A stretch of 64,000 bases of DNA from Lama glama. Taxonomy: Eukaryota. The stretch lies in NCBI GenBank assembly GCA_028534125.1, contig CM052816.1, positions 89,778,001 through 89,842,000 of the forward strand, given 5' to 3'. A program made the position numbers and the translations under genes. Under the pieces are notes generated by a model. The model worked only from the letters and a program-made list of their open reading frames with translations, was not told the origin of the DNA and searched no databases. Below, piece after piece: positions 53,280 to 64,000 of this stretch; positions within the stretch are counted from its first letter, which is position 1, and each line of letters begins with the position of its first letter.

Positions 53280-54800
53280 AGTAAAAATTCTCCTCAGTCC
53301 ACCCAATCTACTTATTATCCTCCCCAAATTATTGCTTTTATTAGTTTCTTGTTTATGTTTCCAATTATTTTAAGCATGTATAAGTAAATACTTTTAAAAA
53401 TCTTTAGCTTCTGTTACAAAACTAGTAGCATATCATATATATTTCTGCATCTTTTTCTATTCACTTTAAATATATCTTGATGATACTTCCATATAAAGAT
53501 TTGCTCATTTTTTAACTGAATAGTACTCCATTTTACAGATGTGCCACAAGTTATTCAGTCCATCCTGAACTGGTAGACATTTAAGTTATACACAGTCTTT
53601 CACTATGAACTTTCTATGCTAATGCATAATAACCTTTAACATACTTAATTTTCTCTGCAATGCATATACCTGAATTCCGAGGAATTATTGCTCACAGGAT
53701 CTTCATATTGTAATTGTGTTTGCTAGTCCTAGATTGTTTCCCGTAAGTTCTGTTAAAAATTATATTCCCAACAGTAGGTGATACTGAACCCCTAAGAAAC
53801 CATGTTATAAAAATTTTGCAACACTGTCAATCAATAGGTAAAATATTTCAGTCTTCAAATTTGTATTTACTTTGGTTCTATTTTAAGGAAGTCTGAACAT
53901 TTTTTCTATATTTAAAAGCTATCAGTATTTTACTTCTGTCAAAATTTCTGCTTAAATATTTACTTACTTTACATTGATTTCAGTCATATTTGTATGAATT
54001 TGCATGAGCATTTTATAAAATAAAGAAGTTTGCAATTTTACTCTAGTATGTAGATTTGTAACATTTCCCAATTTGTTGTTTTTTGGCATACACAATTTTT
54101 GTCTTTTTATTTTTTTATAACACATTTATATTACATATTTCTGTTCAGTATTTTTGTAAAATAGTTAAACCTCCTTAACCTACTTTGACTTTATAAAATA
54201 AAATTTTGCATATTTTTCAAGTACTTTTATGGGTTTATTTTAAAATTATTTCACCCATTCACAATTTATGCTTGTGTAAATTGGAATTATAGTTCCCCTA
54301 GATATCTACCCTGTTACTTCAATGCCATTTATTGAGCAGTTCAACTTTTACTTTTGAAATCTTACCATTTTATACAATTCCCAAAAGTATACATGTCTAT
54401 TTTTAACTTTCAATGTCTGCCTGGACAGTTAATGTTCTCTGGTTAATTAGATTAAATTATTATATTATGTTTGCCTAACATTGAACCATTTTTGTTTTTA
54501 TTAGAATGAAAGTCTCTGTTTCATGAGAATTATTCTATTCTGGGTAATACGTAAAATAGATTTATTTGCTAATATTGGATTTTATTTAACACTTCATCTG
54601 AGAATTTTTTTGTATATATTTTTAATTCAATTCTTATTGGATTGAGCTGTTAATACTAGGCTCATTGTATGAATATAATACAGGAGTTTTTCTTTCTTCC
54701 ATCCGAGTTATTTAAATAGAATTTTTCAATGTGGTAGAAATATTCTGTGAAATCTTGTGGCAAATATTTAGAATTTTCTATGTATTTTTCAAAAGTTACC
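53280..54800 (-). mobile_element. Very old L1 (L1ME-like), decayed
   Basis: ttgctcattttttaactgaatagtactccattttacagatgtgccacaag; tattcccaacagtagg. Confidence 0.6.
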
Positions 54801-55344
54801 TATTTATATATTTTTTCTCCTATCTTTTTCTCTTAGCCCTCAGTAAGCCTTTTCAAAATTGGCATTTTCCCCTTTTTTTCTGTTAAGCTTCCTTTAAATT
54901 ACATTTTTTGAAGACTTGATCTTTTAGAGCAGTTTTAGGTTTACAATAAAATTGAGAGGGAAGTACTAAGATTTCTCATATATCCCTTGCTCCCACACAT
55001 ATATAGCCTCACTTATTATCAAAATCCTCACCAGAATGGTACATTTGTTACAATGGATGAACCTAGATTGACATACCATAATCACCCAAAGTCAGTAGTT
55101 TATCTTAAGGTTCATTCTTGGTGTTGTACATTTAATGAGTTTGGACAAATGTAGAAGGACATATATCCATCACTATAACATCATACAGAGTATTGTCACT
55201 GCCCTAAAAATCTTCTGCATTCAATCTATGTCTCTCCCTTTCCCTCAGCAACCATCAATCTTTCTATTGTCTCCATAGTTTTGCCTTTTCCACGATGTCA
55301 CTTAGTGGGAATCATATAGTATGCAGCTTTTTTAGATAGGTTTC

Positions 55345-55499
55345 TATCCAGGAGAGGAAATTTCCCGCTTTTAGTCCTTTTGTCTGGTAATTAAAATGAC
55401 ATAAGGCAGATTACCAGGGGGAAAAAAAATCAAATTTATTATGTGTGCACAGGGAATTCTAATAAGTATGAAGAATTCCAAAGACAGCAAAACAAGGTG

Positions 55500-55546
<47 letters not shown>

Positions 55547-55917
55547 CAGAGACAGAGAGAGAGATAAAGAGGAGAGGAGATAGGGAGTCTGAGACTCAAA
55601 GAGGAAGAATAGTAATTCACAGGAAGATAACAAGAGTTGATGTTTGATAAATGAGTGTTTGTTGCGCACGGAAACACAATGGGACTCGGAGAGGACTTTG
55701 ATCCCACGGGCTTTGCTAGGCTCCTCCTGTCCGACTATACCTACTGCTTTACTGTGTTCCTCTGTTGTGATAGCTTCTTGCAGGGACAGGCCTGCTTTCA
55801 CAGGCTTTCAGGCAGTAAAGGGGAAGTTCAGAGGTTCTTCCTGAGTCTTTCGGGCCTTGGTTGTTTTCAGCTTTCTAGAATGGACCCTCTTGGCGCAGCC
55901 TGCTTTTAGCTCCATCA
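55345..55917 (-). mobile_element. Solo ERV LTR containing (CA)n(GA)n at 55502-55564
   Basis: TA(<TG)...CA termini, TSD tttc/cttc, tttatt near 55435. Confidence 0.7.
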
Positions 55918-56041
55918 CTTCTTCCACTTAATAATATGTATTTTAAGTTCTTCCATAATTTAACAACTCGTTTACTTTTAGCACTGAATTTTTAAAGTGT
56001 AGTCAATTGTCTGTATATAATTTATAGTTTATTTATCCATT

Positions 56042-56480
56042 TGTTGCTGGAGAATAGGTTCTTGTCTTGTGCAGGAAAGAATTCAAGAATTCATAGTAAA
56101 GTGAAAGTAAGTTTCTTCAGGGAGATACACGCTCCATAGACAGGGTGCGGGCCATCTCAGAAGGCAAGGGAGACAGCGACCACGAGGTGTGGAGTTGTTA
56201 GTTTTGGGGGGCTAGGTGATTTCATATGCTGATGAGTAGGAGGATTATTCCAACTACTTTGAGGAAGGAGCAAAGATTTCCAGGAGCTGGGCCACCACCC
56301 ACTTGTGCACCTTTTATGGTCAGCTTAGGAACCGTCGTGGCACCTGTTGATGCACCATGAGGCTCATGGTCTACTGGAAGTTGAATCTTCTGCCATCGTT
56401 TTTCTAACTAGTTTGTCCTATCCTCAATTGCTGTGTCATTTCTTCAATGGTTGTGCCTTGCCCTCCTCCATCCTGTCTCA
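56042..56480 (-). mobile_element. Solo MER41-like LTR, short form, 439 bp
   Basis: TG...CA termini, perfect TSD catt; homologous to the 26.3 kb and 59.7 kb copies. Confidence 0.85.
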
Positions 56481-57500
56481 CATTCACCTACTAAAGAACA
56501 TCTTGGTTGCTTCCAAGTTCTGGCAACAGTGAAATAAAACTGCTATAAATATTCATGTGTAGGTTTCAGTATGGACAGAAGTTTTCAACTTTTTTGGGTA
56601 AATATCAAAATGTGAAATTGCTGGATCATATGGTAAAAGTATATTTAATTTTGTAAGAAGTTGACAAACTGTCTTTCATAGTGGCTGTGCCATTTTGTGT
56701 ACCTGCCAGCAATGAATGAGAATTACTGTTGCTCCATATCTATGCTAGCATTTGGTGTTGTCAGCGTTCCCCAGATGTGGGCCACTCTAACTGATATATA
56801 GTGGTATCTCATTGTTTTAATTTTCAGCTTCCTGATGACATATATGTGGAGTATCTTTTCAAGTACCTATTCATCATCTCTGTATCTTCCTTGGTAAAAT
56901 GTCTGTTAAAGTCTTTGGCCTATATTTTAATTGGGTTGTTTCATTTTTTTAAAGTAAATTTCAAGTTTTTTTTGTATATCATAAACAATAGTCCTGTGTC
57001 AGATGTGTCTCTTGCAAAGACTTTCTCCCACTTGGTGGCTTATCTTCTAACTGTCATGGTGCTGTCTTTTGCAGAGCAATTTTTAATTTTAAGGGAATTC
57101 AGTTGTTCATTATTTTTTTCATGTATTTTATGCTTTGTGTTTTATGTAAAATTCACCACTATACCCAAGGTCATCTAGGTTTTCCCTTATGTTATTGTCT
57201 AGGATTTTTATTGTTTTACATTTTTATATATGTTCCAAGATCCATTTGAGTTGATTTTTGTCAAGGGTGTATGCTCTGTGACTAGATTAATTTTTTTCTC
57301 ATTTGGATATCCAGTTGTTCTAGCACTGTTTGTTAAAAAAAAAGAATATCTTTTTCCATTGTGTTGCCTTTAATCCTTGGTCAAATATCAGTTGTCTATA
57401 TTTTTGTGGCTCTGTTTCTGGGCTGTCTATTCTTTTTCATTTATCTTTTTGTCTTTTCTTTCACCAATACCACACTGTCTTGATTACTGTAAATTTGTAA

Positions 57501-58048
57501 TTTTTTTAAATTGGAGTATGACCAGTTACAATGTGTTAATTTCTATTGTACAGCATAATACTCAGTCATAAAGAACATACATATATTTGTTTTTATATTC
57601 TTTTCTGCCATAGGTTACTACAAGATATTGAATATAGTTCCCTGTGCTATACAGTATAAACTTGTTATTTCTCTATTTTATATACAGCAGTTTGTATCTG
57701 CAAATCTCGAACTCCTGATTTATCTTCTCCCACCCACTTCTCACTTGGTAATTAGGTTTTTTCTCTATGTCTGTGAGTCTGTTTCTGTTTTGTAAATAAG
57801 TTTGTGTCTTTTTTTTTTTTTTTTAGATTCCACATATAACTGATATCATATGCTATTTTTCCTTCTCCTTCTGACTTACTTCACTTAGGATGAAAATCTC
57901 AAGATCCAGCCATGTTGCAACAAATGGCATTATTTGATTACTTTTTATAGCTGAGTAGTATTCCATTGTATAACTATACCACAGCTTCTTTATTCAGTCC
58001 TTTGTCTATGGACACTTAGGTTGTTTCCATGTTTTGGATATTGTAAAT
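57501..58048 (-). mobile_element. Young L1 3' end (~550 bp)
   Basis: taggttactacaagatattgaatatagttccctgtgctatacag...tagattccacatataactgatatcat...catgttgcaacaaatggc. Confidence 0.88.
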
Positions 58049-59691
58049 TCTGGAAGTTTTGTTTCCTCGCTTGTTTATTTGTTTGTTTGTAACAAACTCT
58101 ACAGATCTCTTGCACATCTCACTAGGTGTGGCCTGTCCTCTCTATTTCCCTTCACCAAGCTTCTACATGGGCTCTGCTCTTGCTTTTGGTAGTCTTTACA
58201 TATATTTTGAAGTCCAAATATGTTATCAGTCTCCAAGTTTTATTTTAAATATAAAGTTTATGTTTTGATTTTCTATCTACAAGTTCCTTTGATGATTCAC
58301 AATATGTGCAAGGGAAAATTCTGAATTACGACTGAAAGTCATTTAACTGTTTTAAAGAAATTAAATGTGTGTGTTGTAATTCCATACACATTTGGAAGAG
58401 AAGGAGGCTTTGAATTCTGTTTCAGTTTGAATTAAATGGAGGCAATATATTTTCACTGGCAGTTTGCAAATCTGTGAGAAGAAATTTAATGGAAAAATTA
58501 CGTAGTTCGTATAGTGCTGAGTTAAATAGGATAAGACCAATGAGATCATACGCAGATTAAGTGAATGTTTCAACTCCTCTTACAAATGTGCTTATCAATT
58601 GAGTTATTTCAGTTTCGCTGCTTATATGTTTTAATAGAGTGCTAGATTTCTAAATATAACATCTTTCTGATAACTCTCATTTTATAGAAAGACAAAGACT
58701 ACACAGTGTTTGTGTGACCATGGTCACTAGAAAGTAAATATTGTGTATCTGTTGCTTTGTTCTCTTACTGGTTAACCCAGAGAAAGTTTTATAAAGCTAT
58801 ATGGCCTAAATTCTGATATAAACATAGATAAGAAATTCATGTATGCATAGTTAGCTGAATTAACATACATTTGACAGAATAAACCTGTGTTTGGTCTTAC
58901 TTGTTGTGTACAAAAGCCTAGTTTTATTAATAGGCTTTGTTCTTAGCCTGAAAATAACAACAATTTTATATAGGATGGTATTATCTCTAACAAAAGTAAT
59001 AATTACCTACATTACATTTTTTATTACTTAAACCATCAGTTGATGACATTTAAATATGACAGCTTATTTGATAATATTTGAACTGATTTTGAAAATTAAG
59101 ACAAGTTATTTATATATCAATATTTATAAAGTGAGAGATCTCAAAAGCAACAAACTTATGTGTCTTTGACAGATAAACAAATAGTGACATTTGGATAAAT
59201 GTAGCACAAAGCAGGGGAGTAGTGTTTAAGGAATTTGTATTTTGATGTTTGGTGTGATTTCAAACCCCAGTTCTCCTTAGCACATGTAGTAAACTTTTAA
59301 TAAGTGGGTATTCTTATGTAAAGTAATTATCTATATTTTAAAGCAATTCCATGTAGCACCACCTTATCAGTTTTGCTTCCTCTGGTCCCCACATCACATA
59401 CTTATTTACCTGGTCATGTTCTTTAACCTGTGCGATTGTGGATACTCTTCACTGATTATCTCATCCTCTTCTAGCCAAAGAGCTGTCTGACTCCTTGAAG
59501 TGAAGCTTCCAGTACATTAATAACCTCCACTCATTTATCAGTACTCTAAGACTTTTCTACCACTATCTCTGCTCCTAAATATGACCTAAAAAAGCCTTCT
59601 CTGCCTTCTTATCATTTTCTACTAAGCAACAGATGGAAACTCTACTCTTTCTGCTAAAGATGGATTTTATTTCTACTGCCTGGGACCCAAC

Positions 59692-60345
59692 TGAGACAGG
59701 AAGGAAGGGGGCAGGGCACAGCCATTTAAGGAATGACACAGTAATTAACACCAAGATCGAGAAAGATTCAACTCCTAGTAGGCCTTGAAACCCAATATGG
59801 TGGGAGATATGACTTCCAGTAGACTTTGAGCTTCATTATACACTCATTTTAATAGATTAATATAGTAAATGACACTCCCATAGGCACCATGACAGTTCCG
59901 AGGCTGAACATAATAGGTCAAGAAGTGGGTGGTGGCCCCGTTCCTGGAAATCACCACCACTTCCTCAAAGTAGTTGAAATAATCTCACACTTGTTAGCGT
60001 ATGAAACTAATGAGCCCATAAAAACTCACAGCATCGCACCTCATGGCCACTCTCCCTCCTGAGTGAGATGGACCACACTCTGTCTGTGGAGTGTGTATCT
60101 ACTTTTACTTTAAACTGAGCACCCATCCCTGACACCTCGTGGTCTTTTTGTTGCCTTCTGAAACAGGCTGCACTCTGTCTATGGAGTATGTATCTGAATA
60201 AATCTACTTTTACTCAATTGTGGCTTGCTCTTGAATTCTTTCCTGTGTAAAGCCAAAGACCCACACTTGGCAGGGCACATCTCAGGGACTCAACCAAGAC
60301 CTGGGACATGGCCATCCTCTCACCCCACACTTTCTTCTTGTTTCA
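59692..60345 (+). mobile_element. Solo MER41-like ERV1 LTR, 654 bp
   Basis: TGA...TCA termini, TSD caac/taac, AATAAA near 60197, TTCCTGGAA at 59941-59949. Confidence 0.87.
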
Positions 60346-62959
60346 TAACCATGAATCTAATATGACCCATTGATCTCATCTGAAGAGGTTTTGGACACCT
60401 GGTCCTCCACCATGATATCTCACATTTTCCCAGACTGGTATAAGTACACAACTCCATGATCCCAAGCATTGGTAATCACTGTCAGCAAAGTGATCGTACA
60501 CCACAAATAGTTCTACATTTCAGGAACTTCATTTCCTAATTCAGCTCTAAATTTGCTCTTACTTCCACATTAGATACACTGATTTGTATCTGTGTCCATA
60601 CAGTTTGTAGGTTCTCTTCCCCCTACACAGAACATCCAACTCACTTTTGTCTTCCAAGCTAAAAAAAAAAAAAGAAGATAAAATTGATTTTCTATGTTCT
60701 ACCAAAAATAATATTTCCTATATAAAACCTTAGTCAACTTCTCCAGAAGTGAATCCCTCAACTGACTTTATTTCACTTGTGTTTTCACTTGTTCATGCCT
60801 ACCTGAATGTTAATTCCTTGAAGGTAAGTGCCAAGTCTCACCTTATTTCTTTATTCTTCTATTCTTTTACTCTTTGTGTTCCAAAGGCATCTGATCGATA
60901 TTCAATGTTTTCTAAATGAAAGCGATAGAATAATTAAATATAAGCTGTAGGTTACCTAGGAATGGAACAATCACCAGAAAATTTATTTGAAGAGACTTCA
61001 AAATAGATGTTTCAAAAAAAGAATGTTACTTTCATACATGCTTTTTTATAGGAACTTGCATACCAATGACAATAAGCATGACTTGGTAAATATGTGACTT
61101 CTTGCTTGAAGTAGTAGCAGTAGTTTTTAGTTAACTTTCTTTGCTGCAAACTTGCTGATCTTGCTAATTATTTTTAATGTTCAGAACAGAAGGTAGTTGT
61201 GAATCAATGAAAACAGAAAGCATTTGGAGGTTGATTTTTACCTCATATAACTCGGAAACTAAGCATGCATTTCAGATACAGAAGTAAGAGAGAATTTTAT
61301 TTTCCCCTTGCCAACACAATTGTGGGAGAGCTAATAGCCTCTACTAGCCTTTTGAAGAGGAAGGATGTTTCATTTATGCGATGTTGAAGGAAAAAAGGTT
61401 AAGGAAACAAGGTTTTTAGACTGTCATAACCAAATGCTCTTCTTTGTTCACTTGAAAAGCAGATGCAACTTGCCAAGTTGACATAAGTGAAAGCTGTTTC
61501 CTCTGAGATTCCATGATTTCCTATCTCCTAGGTTATATATTAAGGGATGAAAATGTTTTCTGTTTGAAATGTCTTTGTGGTTTAAATTCAAGTGACACCA
61601 ACAGCAAATAGCCTGAAGCAAAGCTACTTTGATTGTTCTCTTTGCTTTGAATGATCTAGTCACTTTGGAAACGACAGCTCACATCAAGGGGAAAATGTTT
61701 AAAAATGAACTATTGAATGAAAAGGAATATTTGGAACAGCACAGATTTACTTGCTGACATAACGATCAACCTACTGACTGCCATGGAATTAGTATTTCAT
61801 TTTGACTTCCAAATGATAGATTACGTGTAAACACATTCTTCTTATTGTTATTACTATGATTGTACAAAGTCTAAGTTTACAGAGCATGAAGTCATTTTCT
61901 CTGGTTTCAGCATTCTTACAGATAACAAAACCAAATATCGGAAAATGCAAGTAATTTTCCCTGCCACGCACTTTCTAAGTCATAAGGGCTTCATCAATTT
62001 TAATCTAGTATTCACTCCCCCACACCATTACTTCCCAGAGAAGGTCCTGAGTCACTATAATGTTCCAAGAATCAGAACTATAACAGTTCTGCAAACTTGA
62101 GTCTCTCTTGGGTTATACAAAGAACTACTCTTACATCAAAGGTAATGAAAACTAGACGAAGGAGGAAAATGTTGATTTAGTTTAACTCATGATATCTTAA
62201 ACTTACCCGACCACTTATCACCTTTTTTTTTCCCTAGGAAACATCTATGAAAATCCATTGTGGCTAGTTTGCTTCAAACATCTTTTGTAAACCTTGGAAT
62301 ATGTCGTTCTAAAAGGAAATGAGTCTCAGAAGGAATATCTCAAAACCTGTTGGCCAGTTTCTTTTGTTTTTATTTTGTGTGTGTGTTTGTGTGTGTGTGT
62401 GTAATTTCTGGTAATTTGATATACCAGAAATACCTTGGCAGTTTATTCTGATAGTCTAGGAATTTCTATGAGTCTAAAAAGTTCAAATTATGTGTCAACA
62501 TGATAATTTATATACTTTGATACAGGCAACACATATGTTACAGAAACATTTTTTTTAAAAATCACAAGCTGTTATCCTAGATAATTAAAATGCTAATATT
62601 AATTCAGTCCTTGTCTTTGAAAATGTGTGGACCATTAAGTTCATTGCAAGTTTTCATTTACCAAGAGAAGGCAGAAGAAACATCTGAGTTTACCAAATTA
62701 GGACTCTTTTATGGTAGAAATATTGATACAAGGCTTAATCCACTAGGATTAAATCCTGAAACACACGACTCTTCATCGCGCAGGCTGTCAGTCTCAGATG
62801 AAAAGACTTGACATCTTATATGCTACTGATGAATGTGTCTCCATCATATTCTTTAAGGCAAAATATAAAACATTGAAATAGCATGTGTCAGCATAGCTTC
62901 ATTATAGCCTTCTGGAGGTTGTCAGAAGCATCAGAGCAGGCAACTCATCAAGATGTTTA

Positions 62960-63097
62960 TGACAATCTTTCATACGTTAGGACTGAACACTTACAAGAAC
63001 AACTCCAGTCTGGGAATAGGGAGCTGAGACTTAGTGTTCCCAAGAAATATACTTAAAGTTCTTTGTAAATTCAAGGTTTGAGAACCTTAGATCCAGT
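62960..63097. mobile_element. MER5-like hAT MITE remnant
   Basis: Ends aaggtttgagaaccttagatccag, similar to the MER5 terminus; the rest is degenerate. Confidence 0.4.
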
Positions 63098-63489
63098 AAT
63101 CACTTTTGGTTATTTCCCGTTATATTGACCTCTGTAACACCCAAACAGAACATAGAGATTTCCCCCCAAACTAGATGGTTCTTGTACCCCTTTGGTAAAA
63201 TATGCCAGGTATCTGAGGATATCAAACTAAGACAGGTTAAACAGATGTCTTGGGTATTTATTCTGGCTTGTCCAGGCAAGTAAGTCTGTGGTGACAGCAG
63301 GGATTCAGCTGAAGCAAAGCATTCTAACAATGTGACTTTGAGGTGGCTCTGTGACTCTTACTAACTTGAAACACTTGTATACTAAAATTCTCTGGTTTGG
63401 AAAAATCTGTTCTCCATCATCAGTTTGCTGACTTCCTCAGCTGCAAGTGTGTTACAAAATCACTTTTTAGGTAAGATCTGCCTTCGTCA

Positions 63490-63800
63490 TCTTTACACTG
63501 GAAACTTCCACCCTCTCTTGTAGTCCTTAAGCCCCATTACCTAGCTGTGGGTTTTCCATTGCATTTATCACCTATAGGCATAAATTAGTAATTTATCATG
63601 TTCACTGTTTTTATCACCAAAGAGATACTTGTCAGTTTTTGTTTGTTTTTTTTTTTAATTTAGACTTCAAATCTTAGAAGAGTTATGAACCTAAAACTGC
63701 TCTAAAACAATAAAATCTGAATTAAAAAATATATATATATATAAAAACAAAACAGAATAGTGCCTGGTATACGATATGCAGTAAATAAATATGTTACATA
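63490..63800. mobile_element. L2 3' end
   Basis: ttccattgcatttatcacc...agaatagtgcctggtatacgatatgcagtaaataaatatgtt. Confidence 0.65.
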
Positions 63801-64000
63801 AGTGAAGGATAATACCATCCTAATAAATGGAATTTTAAAAATAGCTATGGAAATTACTAATGCTGAGATAAAGATCTTTACATTCAATTATTCTAGATAA
63901 GTCTTTTGCCTGCACTATATTTTAACAGCTTCTTGGCCAGGACATCAAAATGCTGTAGTAATTATTCACAAGTCAACTTGATATATCTTATTTGCTTTTA

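Larger units (their letters stand above)
54900..57500 (-). mobile_element. L1MC-like 3' end split by two LTR insertions
   Basis: ttttagagcagttttaggtttacaataaaattgagagggaagtac is an L1MC-type 3' terminus. L1 sequence is continuous across both LTRs. Confidence 0.85.

Noticed and set aside
26345..60345. MER41-like copies as paired LTRs of one provirus
   Set aside because: Each has its own TSD, lengths and orientations differ, and no matching gag/pol lies between them.
62404..62431. 10-bp inverted repeat atttctggta/taccagaaat, and a similar one at 31561-31578
   Set aside because: Too short for a pre-miRNA or MITE; a few such hairpins are expected by chance in 64 kb of AT-rich DNA.

Overview
AT-rich, CpG-poor mammalian genomic DNA, very probably from a camelid (a tRNA-derived SINE at 29.8-30.0 kb looks like Vic-1, and there are artiodactyl-type L1 3' ends). 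I recognise no intact protein-coding exon. The ORF track consists of chance ORFs, repeat-derived ORFs and N-gap artefacts (500 N at 36461-36960). The window is mostly interspersed repeats: old and young L1 fragments, L2/MIR, MaLR (MLT1) LTRs and internal sequence, and about ten ERV LTRs. Eight of those LTRs have readable termini and target-site duplications (TSDs), and three of them are MER41-like. Protein-derived relics are a decayed RPL37A processed pseudogene (30.74-31.07 kb, minus), a decayed ERVL pol segment (16.3-17.6 kb, minus) and an L1 ORF2 endonuclease region (37.6-38.8 kb). Several repeat-free islands look like conserved non-coding or enhancer sequence, but this cannot be shown without alignments. 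I found no evidence for a novel biological system. The best leads are the MER41-like LTRs with varying STAT/GAS motifs, a twin-primed L1, nested insertions and the candidate conserved elements. Repeat family names come from recalled consensus motifs, not from a database search, and boundaries without a TSD are approximate.
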